Below the pieces are notes generated by a model. The model searched no databases. It was not told the DNA's origin and saw only the letters and a list, made by a program, of their open reading frames with translations. Of a stretch of 64,000 bases of DNA, positions 9,261-19,188 are shown piece by piece (the stretch's first letter is position 1; each line of letters starts with the position of its first letter). The position numbers and the translations under genes were made by a program. Source of the stretch: Myxococcota bacterium (GTDB lineage Bacteria > Myxococcota_A > UBA796 > CAJQPC01); the NCBI GenBank assembly GCA_036012755.1, contig DASCPX010000016.1, positions 32,001 through 96,000 on the forward strand, read 5' to 3'.

Positions 9261-10295
9261 GTGATCCTGCTTCTGTCCGCCGAGGCCTTTGCCTGCGGCG
9301 CCTTCTTCGGCCCGGAACCCGTCATCTCGGACAGCCAGGTCGTAGCCTTCCGTCCGGGCTCCGGGTCCACAGAGGTCGAGTACCGCGTGGCCTACGCGGG
9401 CGACGCAGAGGACTTCGGCTGGGTCATCCCGGTGCCCGGTGACGTCGAAGAGGTCGAAGAGGGTGACCCCGACGCCCTCATGGACGCCGTCCAGGACAGC
9501 GAGCCGAGCATCGAGCACTACTACGACGAGCCCCGCTTCGGCTGCAGCGGAAAGGGGGACGACCTCACCGACTCGAGTGGCGGCATGGGGACCGACTCCG
9601 GCCTCGTCGAGGGCAGCGGGAGCGCGGGGATCTTCGAGTGGACCGCGCTCTCCGGCGAGGAGTCCGAGCCCCTGATCTCCTGGCTCGACGAGCGCGGCTT
9701 CGTCAACGGCGACACCAGCGCCATCGAGGACTACGTCGCAGAGGGCGGCTGGACCTTCATCGCCTTGTCGATGACCCAGACCCCGGACGGCGCCGGCGAC
9801 AGCGGCTGGGGCCACACCATGCCCCAGGCCGCGGTGCGCATCACCTACGCGGGTGACGACATCAGGTACCCGGCGCACATGACCAGCACCTCTGGCGCCG
9901 AGAGGCAGACCACCACCATCCTGGTCTTCGGTGATGAGCGCGCGACCGTCAGCGGCTGGTCCTCGGCAAAGGTCGGCGACCTCTTCGGCGACATCGACGA
10001 CGACCCGGCCGAGCTCTACGCGGACCGCCTCTGGGACCTCGGAGGCGACTCCCCCGGCTACGGTCTCGTCTACGCGCAGGCCTACCGCGGCGAGTGGCTC
10101 ACCCGCTTCGACGCCATGGCCCTGTCCACAGCCCACACAGAAGACGCCGTCTTTGCAATCGACGGGGGCACCGACCCGGTCTCGAGCTCGATCCAGCTCT
10201 ACGAGAAAGAGAGGGACCGTGACAAAGCCGAGAACGCCTTGTTCCTCCTGCCCCTGGGCCTGCTCGGACTGATCGGGCTGCGCCGTCGGCAATAG
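9261..10295 (+). CDS. DUF2330 domain-containing protein with a C-terminal TM anchor and RRR tail
   Basis: GGAGG then GTG at 9261; ACGAFF, YAGDAEDFGWVIPVP, WLDERGF and YP..M motifs; ends LLPLGLLGLIGLRRRQ. Confidence 0.75.
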   Translation: MILLLSAEAFACGAFFGPEPVISDSQVVAFRPGSGSTEVEYRVAYAGDAEDFGWVIPVPGDVEEVEEGDPDALMDAVQDSEPSIEHYYDEPRFGCSGKGDDLTDSSGGMGTDSGLVEGSGSAGIFEWTALSGEESEPLISWLDERGFVNGDTSAIEDYVAEGGWTFIALSMTQTPDGAGDSGWGHTMPQAAVRITYAGDDIRYPAHMTSTSGAERQTTTILVFGDERATVSGWSSAKVGDLFGDIDDDPAELYADRLWDLGGDSPGYGLVYAQAYRGEWLTRFDAMALSTAHTEDAVFAIDGGTDPVSSSIQLYEKERDRDKAENALFLLPLGLLGLIGLRRRQ

Positions 10296-10326
10296 GCGAG
10301 GCCGACGCCACGTCTAAGATCCGGAC

Positions 10327-11244
10327 GTGACGGATCTCCTAGCTCCTACCGGGCCCCTCGTGATGTCCTCGGTCGACGTGGTCGCCGGGGACTATCGCAT
10401 CCTCGACGGGGTCACGCTGAAGCTGCATCCCGGTGAGCTCTGCGGGCTCATCGGGCCCTCCGGGGCCGGCAAGAGCACCCTGATCAAGGTGCTGCTCGGC
10501 CTGCGAGACCCGAGGTCCGGCGACGCAAAGCTCGGCGGCGGGCCGGTGACCGCGGTGCCCATCGGGTACGTGCCCCAGGACGACGCGCTCCATCGCACGC
10601 TCACGGTCCAGCAGGCCCTGTCGTTCTCCGCCGAGCTGAGGCTGCCGGAGCTCGGCCCCGAAGAGCGCGCGGCCCGGATCACGGAGGTGGTCCAGCAGGT
10701 GCAGCTCGACGAGCGCATGGACGTGCGCGTCAAGCGCCTGTCCGGCGGTCAGCGCAAGCGGGTGTCGGTGGCACTCGAGCTGCTGACCGAGCCGCCGATC
10801 CTCATCCTCGACGAGCCCACCAGCGGGCTGGATCCAGGTCTTGAGGCCACGATGATGGAGCTCTTCGAGGGTCTCGCGAAGTCCGGTCGCATCGTGCTGG
10901 TCGCCACCCACGCGATGCAGTCGTTGCTGCGCTGCCAGGCCCTGTGCGTGCTCGTGAAGGGTCGCGTCGCCTACTTCGGTCCTCCAGAGGACGCCCCGGC
11001 CCACTTCGGCGTGGGCACCTTCGCGGGCATCTTCGAGGCCCTGGCACGGAAGGCCCCCGCCGAGTGGGCGAAGGTCTGGAACGCCTCGTCGATGCGTCCG
11101 GCCTTCCTCGGCCGTGGAGCCCCCGCGATCGGCGGTTCGACGAGGAAGCAGCTGCCAGAGGTGACGGAAGCGCCCGCCGAGGAGCCCGAGCCGATGTCCG
11201 CAGCGGAGCAGCTCGCCGCGATGAAGGCGGAGCTGAAGAAGTGA
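10327..11244 (+). CDS. ABC transporter ATP-binding protein
   Basis: GPSGAGKST, YVPQDD, LSGGQRKR, LDEPTSGLDP and ATH motifs. Confidence 0.95.
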   Translation: MTDLLAPTGPLVMSSVDVVAGDYRILDGVTLKLHPGELCGLIGPSGAGKSTLIKVLLGLRDPRSGDAKLGGGPVTAVPIGYVPQDDALHRTLTVQQALSFSAELRLPELGPEERAARITEVVQQVQLDERMDVRVKRLSGGQRKRVSVALELLTEPPILILDEPTSGLDPGLEATMMELFEGLAKSGRIVLVATHAMQSLLRCQALCVLVKGRVAYFGPPEDAPAHFGVGTFAGIFEALARKAPAEWAKVWNASSMRPAFLGRGAPAIGGSTRKQLPEVTEAPAEEPEPMSAAEQLAAMKAELKK

Positions 11245-11972
11245 ACCTCGTCAAGCGCCAGCTCGGGGTGCTCACGCGCCGCTACGCCGCCTGCACCGTC
11301 GGGGACCCGCTGACGGTCTTCCTGCTGTTGGCCCAGGCCCCCTTCATCGGGTACCTCTGCACGCTCGTGTGGGGCGCAGCCGGCAGGGAGACCGAGTCGC
11401 TGTACTTCGTGATGGCGCTCTCCAGCGTGTGGTTCGGCTGCATCAACGCCTGCCGCGAGGTCGTCAAGGAGCGGGCCATCGTCGAGCGCGAGCGCTTCTT
11501 CGGTCTGTCACTCCCCGCCTACGTGGGCTCCAAGTTCGCCGTCCTCGCCGGCATCGGGCTGGTCCAGGTCGTGCTCATGCAGGCGGCCATCGAGTGGTCG
11601 ATGGCGCTGAAGGGGCCCTTCTTGGTCCAGACCATGGCGATGTTCGGCAGCATGCTCTGCGGCATGGGGCTCGGGTTGTTGGTCTCGGCCATCTCGAAGA
11701 GCCAGGAGCGCGCCGTCGGCGCGATCCCGCTGTTGATCCTCCCCCAGATCCTGTTCTCCGAGGTCGCCCTGCCCGAGCGCTACCACGGTGAGGCGATGTC
11801 CCTGTTGGAGAACCTCATGCCGGCCCACTGGGGCTTCCAGGCGATCCGGGAGCTGGCAGCTGCGGAAATCGAGTGGGCGACGGTGGTCGGGAGCCTCGGC
11901 GCCCTCGGCGTGCAGACCCTGGTGCTCGCCGTCCTGGCGATGCTGGCCCTGATCCCACGGAGGGACGTGTGA
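11241..11972 (+). CDS. ABC-2 type transporter permease
   Basis: GTG overlaps the upstream stop; REVVKERAIVERER, YVGSK and LPQILFS motifs; about 6 TM helices. Confidence 0.9.
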   Translation: MNLVKRQLGVLTRRYAACTVGDPLTVFLLLAQAPFIGYLCTLVWGAAGRETESLYFVMALSSVWFGCINACREVVKERAIVERERFFGLSLPAYVGSKFAVLAGIGLVQVVLMQAAIEWSMALKGPFLVQTMAMFGSMLCGMGLGLLVSAISKSQERAVGAIPLLILPQILFSEVALPERYHGEAMSLLENLMPAHWGFQAIRELAAAEIEWATVVGSLGALGVQTLVLAVLAMLALIPRRDV

Positions 11973-12463
11973 AGAAGTACGCAATCGGCCTCGGCGTCCT
12001 GCTGGTCGCCGCCCTCGGCTACCTCGCCGCCGCGCACCTCTCGGGCGGCCAGTACCCGACCCTCGGCATCCCCGGCGTCGGAGGCCACGAGGCCATGCTG
12101 CGCAAGATGTCCCTCGACTTCTGGGAGGACATCCAGTTCAAGGACTTCGAGAAGGCCGCGACCTACCACGAGGAGTCGATGCAGGACGAGGTGGACATCC
12201 CCTTCCTCCTCGACCGGCTCTACGGCGTGCCCCCAGAGTCCATGGACATCCAGCACTACGAGGTGGTGTTCGTGGACATCGACAGCTCGGGCCTGCGCGC
12301 CCGGGTCAAGTGCCGCGTCAAGGCGCTGGAGCTGACCCGGGAGAAGGTCCGGGACCAGGAGATCATCCTCTACTACTACCGGGACTCAGTGGACGACCCC
12401 TGGCACATGAAGCTCGAGGACAGCCTGCGCAAGCCCGAGTCGGACAAGGACAAGAAGCACTAG
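11969..12463 (+). CDS. Hypothetical membrane-anchored or periplasmic protein (NTF2-like fold possible)
   Basis: GTG at 11969 overlaps the permease stop; N-terminal TM KKYAIGLGVLLVAALG; typical codon usage. Confidence 0.7.
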   Translation: MKKYAIGLGVLLVAALGYLAAAHLSGGQYPTLGIPGVGGHEAMLRKMSLDFWEDIQFKDFEKAATYHEESMQDEVDIPFLLDRLYGVPPESMDIQHYEVVFVDIDSSGLRARVKCRVKALELTREKVRDQEIILYYYRDSVDDPWHMKLEDSLRKPESDKDKKH

Positions 12464-12472
12464 CGCCGAGCG

Positions 12473-13459
12473 CTATTCGAAGCCCTTCCTGCACGCCGCG
12501 TCGCAGCGGTGGGCGAGGCCGATCGCACCGGCGGCGAGATTGGTGGGGAGCCCGGTCTCGACAGTCGAGGGCAACAGCGACAGGGTCGGCTCGTAGTGCG
12601 CCGCGTGGCAGAGCCCCGCGACCTCGGCGGCGTCGACACCGACGCTGACCTTCAAGGTCCGGCTCGAGCCGGCACACCGAGAGGTCGTCTGGAAGCTCAG
12701 GTTCCGTCCCGGCGTGGCGCAGGTCAGCTTGGCGTACTCCGCGGCGAGGCTGTCCTCGACCAGCTCGATGGTGGGCAGGGGCGTCGAGTCCTGGGCCTCG
12801 ATCGCGGCGAGCACGGAGCCGAGGGTCTCCCGAGAGTGCCCGGCGACCTTCGCTCTCAGAGCGTCCTCTCGGGCCTCGTAGAGGGACACGCCACCGCCGA
12901 CCCAGCCCTCTTCGTGCACGCAGATGAAGCGCGGAGCGGTAGGGATCTCCTCCGTCAGGGGTCGCAGCGCAGGGGTGGGCGCCGTGGCCTTCTTCGAGAG
13001 GCAGACCTGGAGCGCATCCCGGGCCTCGGGGAGCCCCTTGCCCACCGCCACCTGGTAGTCCCCGAAGCACTTGCGCCTGCGAGCGGCCTCGAGCGCCACC
13101 CAGGGAAGGTCCGCGGTCACGTAGCCGTCGCCCCAGGTCGCGTCCCAGTCTCCGCTGTGGCGCTTGACCTGGACGAACTCACAGGCCCCTGGGCGGACCT
13201 CGTAGCCGGGCACCCGCGGCACATCGGGGGGCTCGATCGAGGCATAGCGCGCGACGAGCACCTCGACCTCGCCGAGGTAGATATCGACGTGCTGATCGAT
13301 GTCGGCGACCAGCCAGGCGTGCTCGATCACCCGAAGGGATCCGCTCTCGAAGTCAGCGGCAAAGGCCTGCACGGTGAGCGTCTCGTCGGGCGTCTTCAAG
13401 GTCGCCGTGCACCGGGCGATGCCGTCGCTGGCGAGAGCGGCCGCGATGAACAACATCAT
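12473..13459 (-). CDS. Hypothetical secreted Cys-containing protein
   Basis: GGAGG before ATG at 13459 (MMLFIAAALAS); multiple cysteines. Confidence 0.6.
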   Translation of the reverse strand: MMLFIAAALASDGIARCTATLKTPDETLTVQAFAADFESGSLRVIEHAWLVADIDQHVDIYLGEVEVLVARYASIEPPDVPRVPGYEVRPGACEFVQVKRHSGDWDATWGDGYVTADLPWVALEAARRRKCFGDYQVAVGKGLPEARDALQVCLSKKATAPTPALRPLTEEIPTAPRFICVHEEGWVGGGVSLYEAREDALRAKVAGHSRETLGSVLAAIEAQDSTPLPTIELVEDSLAAEYAKLTCATPGRNLSFQTTSRCAGSSRTLKVSVGVDAAEVAGLCHAAHYEPTLSLLPSTVETGLPTNLAAGAIGLAHRCDAACRKGFE

Positions 13460-13508
13460 CAGGCCTCCAACAGCGGCGACAGCGCCGCAAGAAACAGGGT
13501 GGGGGGCG

Positions 13509-14918
13509 TCACAGGCGCTCCAGGTACTGCTGGGCCCGGGCGTACTCTGGCGCATCGGGGGGAATCTGCAGCCAGGCACCTCTGGCCTGCTCGACCTTGC
13601 CCGCGTTCCCATAGGCGACGCCGAGCATGAAGATGGTCTGGGAGCGAGGAGGCCCCACCCTGAGCGCCTCCTCGAAGAGGGCGATGGCCTCGCCGTGCTC
13701 GCCGAGCTCCATGTGGGCCCGAGCCAGCTGGGCCATGACGATCTCGTTTTCGGGCTCGAGGTCCAAGGCGTGGGTCCACAAGCTCACCGAGTCTGTCCAG
13801 ACCTTGCACTGCTGCCAGGTGAGCACCCCCAGGCCGAGCACCGCGACCACGCCGATGCCCTGCGCCCAGCGACGTCCGACCAGCGTCGCGCAGACCAGCG
13901 CCGCCAGCGGAAGGCAGGAGAAGTAGCTGTAGCGATCAGCGACGAGCTGGGGCCCCGACTGGGCGACGCCCGAAACGGGCGAGAGCAGCACCAGGTACAG
14001 CACCCACGCCACCATCGGCGCTCGGGAGCGCTTCCAGAGGGCAGCACACAGGCCCGTGATCCCGAGCAGGACCAGGGCATTCGTCGCCGTCGGAAGCGCC
14101 GCGCCGTCCCACTCGTAGAGCGGAGAGAGCCCCTGCGGAACCAGCGTCTTGCCGGGGTAGAAGGCCGCGCCGTGGAGCGCCATCTCCAGCCGCTCCGCGA
14201 GGGTGAGCGAGCCGCCCACCAGCGCGCCGCCTTCGGCCTGGGCCCATATGGCGAGCCCACCGAAGAGCAGGGCGAGGCCAAGGAAGGGCAGCTTCTCGAG
14301 CAGGAGTCGGCCCCAGCCCCGACGCTCGAGCCAGACATCCAGCACCAACAGGACCACCGGCAGCGTGATGGCGTGCGCCTTGGCAGCCAGGGACAAGGCC
14401 TGCAATGCCAGCGCGACGAAGAACCAGTGGCGCCCTTCGTCCGCGGCATAGCGCAGCCAGGCGAGCACGCTGCCCGAAAACAGCAGCATGGAGAGCACGT
14501 CGCGCCGCTCGGTGACCCAGGCGACGGACTCGACCCTCAGCGGATGGACCGAGAACAACAGCGCCCCGAGCACCGCGGGGAGCCAGGCGCCCTCGGGCAA
14601 CAGCCTCTTGAGCACCAGGAAGAAGAGCCCCGCCGAGAGGCCGTGCAAGAGCACGTTGGTGAGGTGGTAGCCGAAGGGGTCCATGCCCCACACCACGTGG
14701 TCCAGCGCCAGCGTCATCCACGACAGGGGCGTGTAGTGGCCCATATGAGCGTGGGTCCACATCCAGGCGAGCTCGTCCGCGCCGAGCCCGCGCCAGGTGT
14801 CGTGCTCGAGCAGGGTCCCAGGGTCGTCCCAATTCACCCAGCCCGCCGAAAGCGCCGGGATGAACACGACGATCGTCACCGCCATCACCAGCATCAACGG
14901 GACGGTTGCAGAACGCAT
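13509..14918 (-). CDS. TMTC-like membrane glycosyltransferase with C-terminal TPRs
   Basis: NWDD, YTPL, GYHLTNVLLH, HPLRVESVAWVTERRDVL, ADRYSY and VWTDSVSLW motifs, followed by TPR. Confidence 0.88.
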   Translation of the reverse strand: MRSATVPLMLVMAVTIVVFIPALSAGWVNWDDPGTLLEHDTWRGLGADELAWMWTHAHMGHYTPLSWMTLALDHVVWGMDPFGYHLTNVLLHGLSAGLFFLVLKRLLPEGAWLPAVLGALLFSVHPLRVESVAWVTERRDVLSMLLFSGSVLAWLRYAADEGRHWFFVALALQALSLAAKAHAITLPVVLLVLDVWLERRGWGRLLLEKLPFLGLALLFGGLAIWAQAEGGALVGGSLTLAERLEMALHGAAFYPGKTLVPQGLSPLYEWDGAALPTATNALVLLGITGLCAALWKRSRAPMVAWVLYLVLLSPVSGVAQSGPQLVADRYSYFSCLPLAALVCATLVGRRWAQGIGVVAVLGLGVLTWQQCKVWTDSVSLWTHALDLEPENEIVMAQLARAHMELGEHGEAIALFEEALRVGPPRSQTIFMLGVAYGNAGKVEQARGAWLQIPPDAPEYARAQQYLERL

Positions 14919-14940
14919 CGCGTGGCATTCTAGGGCGCGC

Positions 14941-16580
14941 ATGCCGGACGACCCGAAGAAGGCAGCCAACGATGTCCTCCTGGCCCTCGCACGTGCGGGC
15001 CGGAGCTTCCTGCTCTACGACCCCGGAAACGAGGCGATCCGCGGCTTCCTGGAGGACTACCAGGACAGCTGGACACGCTACTCGGAGGCCTTCGGCGACC
15101 TCGATCTCGCCGTTCGCCCTTTCGAGCTCCTGCGCAACGACGAGGTCGTCTACCTGGAGCGCGACCGCGAGCGCAGCCTGTCGTTCAAGATGTTCCGGGA
15201 CGGAGTGCGCACGCTCAGCATCGGCCAGCACGCCACCTGGGACGAGCTCTTGCGGCTCCTCGAGATCCTCTCGATCCGCTTCACGGGAATCCGGCAGCAG
15301 GAGGACGACCTCGTCACCCTGTTGTGGAAGGCGGGCTTCAAGAACATCGACGTCCACGCGGTCGAGGGCTTCATCCCCGACGAGGAGGACGACGAAGACG
15401 AAACCCTCGACGGGCAACGTGAGCACCTCTCCGCCCCGGAGGACCAGGATCTGCCGCACCCGGTCTTCCCTTCTCGCGGGATCGTCACCTACCAGGACAT
15501 CGACCTCGAGGCCCAGGTCGCGGCGCTGTCGGAGGCTGACTCCCGGAACCTGCCAGAGGACGCGCTCCACCTCGCCGGGCTCCTGCTCCAGCTGGTGCGA
15601 GACCCAGACGACCCGATGGAGGCCATCCACCTCCACTTCTACCTGGACGAGCTCCGCGACTTCCTCATGGCGGAGGAACAGATCGGACGCCTCGTGCGGC
15701 TGGTTCGCACGCTGCAGACCAACCTCGCCGACAACCCGCGCCAGCTCGACGAGACCCTCAAGCGCCTGGCAGGGACCGACGCGCTCCTGCGCATCGTGCG
15801 CTCGATCCAGAAGAACCACCAGTCGGCGCCCCCCGAGCTGCTCGAGCTCCTCCACATGCTGCCCGGGGATCACCTCCAGAACCTGCTCGAGGTGCTCTCG
15901 ACGGAGCGCGACCAGGGCAGCCGACGGATCCTGCGCCAGCTCGTCGAGCCCTTCGTGAAGGGCCGTGAGCGCTGGTTCATGGACCAGATCCTCGGCGCGG
16001 AGCCAGAGGTCGCGATCGACCTGGTCCGCAGCGCCGGGAACAGCTCTCCAGAGATGCTGGTCACCCTCGCCCCGGAGCTGGTCGCGCGGGCCGACGAGGG
16101 GGTGGTGAACGAGCTGCTCTGGCAGGCCGACCGCGTCGGCCGCAGCGCGGACCTCGATCGCACGCTCGTGCAGCTCTTGGACTCCGACTTCGAGCGGGTC
16201 CGCATCCGCACCATGCGTTGCCTCGCCGAGCGTCGCTACGAGCCCTGCTTCAGCACCATCTCCTCGCGGGCCGAAGGACGCCGCATCTCCAACCTGGAAG
16301 CCGAGGCCGTCGGCCGAGCCCTCGCCGAGCTGGATCCCGAGCAGGCGGGCGAGCTGTTCCGGAGGTGGATCCGACCGGGGGGGGGATGCTCGGGTTCTTC
16401 GGCGGCAAGGGCAACGACACCCTCTGCTGGACCGCGGCGGCTGGCTTCGAGCACCTCGACGATGCCAAGGACGACTCACTGTTGGAGTGGCTGGCCAAGC
16501 GCGCCGGCGAGGATCTCTACACCCGCTGTCGCAAGTCGTTGGTGAAGCGTCGCCAGCGCCGGGAGGGCCGCCGTGGATGA
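14941..16580 (+). CDS. HEAT-repeat-like protein, frameshifted in a G9 run at 16377-16385
   Basis: RSFLLYDPGN start followed by helical repeats; the C-terminus GGGMLGFF...RREGRRG is in the -1 frame and overlaps the next gene. Confidence 0.7.
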
Positions 16581-17910
16581 GCTGAGACTCGCCCAGATCC
16601 GGCTCGGCCAGGCTCTGGACGGGGCCCGTAGCGGCGACCAGCGGCTCGCCGAGATCGTGCGCGAAGAGGGCCTGCGCTTCGTCCAGGTCCTCACCAGCCT
16701 CCTACGCCTCACGCGCCTCCACCACCTCCAGAACCACGCCTTCGACGGCCCCGTCCGCGAGTTCCGCATCTGCATCGACCGCCTCTGGCAAGAGCTCGGC
16801 GCGGTCCACGTGGTCGCGGTCGAGGACCAGATCTACGTCAACGACATCCGGATGCGGCTGACCGCGAACGAGGAGAAGCGGGACCTGGCGACCCTGCTTC
16901 GCGAGCACAACGTCGGAGGACTCTCCTTCCACTCGACCATGGACGAGCGTGCCATCCGCAGCCTCGTCGGCTGCTTCGCCGCCCGACCGGAGCCTGGTCG
17001 GCGCCGGACCGCGCTGTTGCTCCGGATGCGCGCGGCGGGCCTGGACGGCATCGACGCCTCCGGTGTCTTCCTCTTCAAGGTCGGCGCTGACGCCGATCCG
17101 GATCAGAGCACCGTCCAGATGATGGAGCGGGCCACCGAAGCCGCCGCGGAGGCCTGGGACGCCGTCGCCAACCACCGCATCCCGAACCCGCTCCCGATGC
17201 GAAGATCCGTCACAGAGATGCTCGCAGAGGGGCTCAACGCAGAGGGCCTCTGGGAGGAGGACAAGAGACGCCTCCGCCCGGGTCGCCACAGCGTGCGCGT
17301 GGCTCGCCTCGCGCTGCTCCTCGGCCAGGAGCTCGGCCTGTCGGCGGCGGCGCTCCAGGACCTCGGCGTCGCCGCGATCTTCCACGACATCGGCTACGCG
17401 GCCAACCAGCCAAACGAGAGCCATGAGACCGCCGGCGCGCGCCTGCTGCTACGCCAGCGGGGCTTCCATGAAGCCAAGATCCAGCGCATCCGAGCAACCC
17501 TCGAGCACCACAGGAACCACGATCACAGCGGCGGGCGGCCAGGGCTGTTCAGCAGGATCCTCCGCATCGTCGAGGACTACGACAACCTGGCCCGCAGCAA
17601 GCAGGCCAGCTTCTCTCCGGCGCTCGCGCTGCAGCTCATGGTCAGCGAGAGCGGCTCCTTCTACGATCCCCTCCTGCTCCAGTTGCTCGTGAACCGGCTC
17701 GGCTGCTACCCGCCAGGCACGCTGCTCAGGCTCGAGGATGGCAGGATCGTCCGTAGCCGAAGCCTCGTTCGCGACCCCGACATCTTCGACCGGCCCGAGT
17801 GCTTCCTCGTAGTCGACGAGCACGGAAACCGACCTGAGATCGGGGCAATCATCGATCTGGCTTACGAGGGCGAGATCGTTGGGCTCGCCCACCCGGGGTC
17901 CGCCAGCTGA
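16573..17910 (+). CDS. HD-GYP-like (HD domain) phosphohydrolase or signalling protein
   Basis: HSVRVA, IFHDIG, LEHH, SRILRIVEDYD, YDP and LGCYPPGT motifs. Confidence 0.82.
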   Translation: MDELRLAQIRLGQALDGARSGDQRLAEIVREEGLRFVQVLTSLLRLTRLHHLQNHAFDGPVREFRICIDRLWQELGAVHVVAVEDQIYVNDIRMRLTANEEKRDLATLLREHNVGGLSFHSTMDERAIRSLVGCFAARPEPGRRRTALLLRMRAAGLDGIDASGVFLFKVGADADPDQSTVQMMERATEAAAEAWDAVANHRIPNPLPMRRSVTEMLAEGLNAEGLWEEDKRRLRPGRHSVRVARLALLLGQELGLSAAALQDLGVAAIFHDIGYAANQPNESHETAGARLLLRQRGFHEAKIQRIRATLEHHRNHDHSGGRPGLFSRILRIVEDYDNLARSKQASFSPALALQLMVSESGSFYDPLLLQLLVNRLGCYPPGTLLRLEDGRIVRSRSLVRDPDIFDRPECFLVVDEHGNRPEIGAIIDLAYEGEIVGLAHPGSAS

Positions 17911-17980
17911 TTCCCCGTAGATGAAAATAACCCTCATTGTTTTCATTTTGCTGTGCTGTCGTTAGAATTGGTTCTTGGTC
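17911..17980. promoter_or_regulatory. AT-rich intergenic segment with a TAGAAT hexamer; probable promoter
   Basis: ATGAAAATAACCCTCATTGTTTTCAT (imperfect inverted repeat) and GTTAGAAT upstream of 17991. Confidence 0.45.
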
Positions 17981-17990
17981 GGAGCACACC

Positions 17991-18350
17991 GTGACCGTCT
18001 TGTTCATGCTTGCCGCATGTGAGCACACGACGCCTGAAGACCCCGCCGGAAGCACCGAGCAGTCTCGCGCAGAGGCCATGCCCCACTGCAACGGAATAGT
18101 GCACGACGACACGTTCTACACGGACTGCGTCATCCGGGGCATCGTCGCGGCCCCGGACAGGGACAGCGCAGAGGAGCTCTGCTCTTCCCTGCCTCTCCGT
18201 CAGTCCGAGTGTCGCTCCCAGTGGGCCATGCGCATGATGAACCGGGCCGACGCAGAGGACGTCCGGATCATGTGCGGCGAGGACGGCGAGTGCCTGGCGG
18301 AGCTCGAAGAGGTGATCGCCTGGCGAGCCAAGGTGCAGCCCCCGGGCTGA
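17991..18350 (+). CDS. Small Cys-rich putative lipoprotein
   Basis: GGAG then GTG at 17991 (MTVLFMLAAC); 6 further cysteines. Confidence 0.55.
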   Translation: MTVLFMLAACEHTTPEDPAGSTEQSRAEAMPHCNGIVHDDTFYTDCVIRGIVAAPDRDSAEELCSSLPLRQSECRSQWAMRMMNRADAEDVRIMCGEDGECLAELEEVIAWRAKVQPPG

Positions 18351-18366
18351 GCCGGGCCCAGAGCCT

Positions 18367-19188
18367 TCAGTTCGTGACTGGCGGCTCGAAGAGGTAGAGC
18401 GCCAGGGGCTGATCGCCGGTGGCTTCGATCACCACGGGCGCGGGACGCAGGAAGACCAGCAGCGTGCCCGGCGTGATCGCGCGCTCGGTCCCGGCGCCGC
18501 GCAGCATGCCCTCTCCGGAGACGGCATAGAGCAGCCCATGGTCCTCTGAGGTGGCGGGCAGCTCGTACTGCTCGCCCACGAACAGCCGAGACATACGCCC
18601 TTCCATGATCGGCAGATCGAGGCGGTCGAAGGGCTGCCCGGAGGCGACGAAGTCCTCGACGTCGTCGTCGGGGTGGTAGCTGAAGGGTGCGGTGCCCTGG
18701 TCCATGCGCGGGTCGTCCGGCCGCAGGTACAGGTTGCCGTCGAAGGAGGGGTAGGCCAGCACGAGGTTGGCCTGGTGAGCTCCGGTGTTGTTGTCCCACT
18801 CGTGGCCGGTGAAGGGGGGCGAAGAGACCAGCGAGCCCGGCCCGAACTGCTCTTGGGTCTCCACGCGCTCCCCCTCTTCGGCGTAGACGTGAGCGACGTC
18901 CGGCGAGCCCGTGACGATGATGGTCGCCTCGTTGGCGGTGCGGTGGACGTGCAGCGGACAGAGCTGATCGACGCCGATGACGTGCATGTGCGCGGAGGCG
19001 ACCTCGGTCGTGTAGAAGGTCTCCGACCGGTCGGTGGAGTCGAAGTGGGCCTGGATGATCTCCTCGGCCTTGTCCGGGAGGTTGGTGCTGGCGAGGGCGA
19101 GGCCGCTGGGAGGCACCTCGACGACCAAGGGCGTGACGGCTTCCTCCTGGGCGCACGCCGCCAGGGCCCACAGCGCAAGTCCCGTCAC
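18367..19188 (-). CDS. Cupin-domain putative lipoprotein (bicupin-like)
   Basis: PLHVHRTANE...PPFTGHEW cupin motif; second degenerate barrel. Confidence 0.75.
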   Translation of the reverse strand: MTGLALWALAACAQEEAVTPLVVEVPPSGLALASTNLPDKAEEIIQAHFDSTDRSETFYTTEVASAHMHVIGVDQLCPLHVHRTANEATIIVTGSPDVAHVYAEEGERVETQEQFGPGSLVSSPPFTGHEWDNNTGAHQANLVLAYPSFDGNLYLRPDDPRMDQGTAPFSYHPDDDVEDFVASGQPFDRLDLPIMEGRMSRLFVGEQYELPATSEDHGLLYAVSGEGMLRGAGTERAITPGTLLVFLRPAPVVIEATGDQPLALYLFEPPVTN

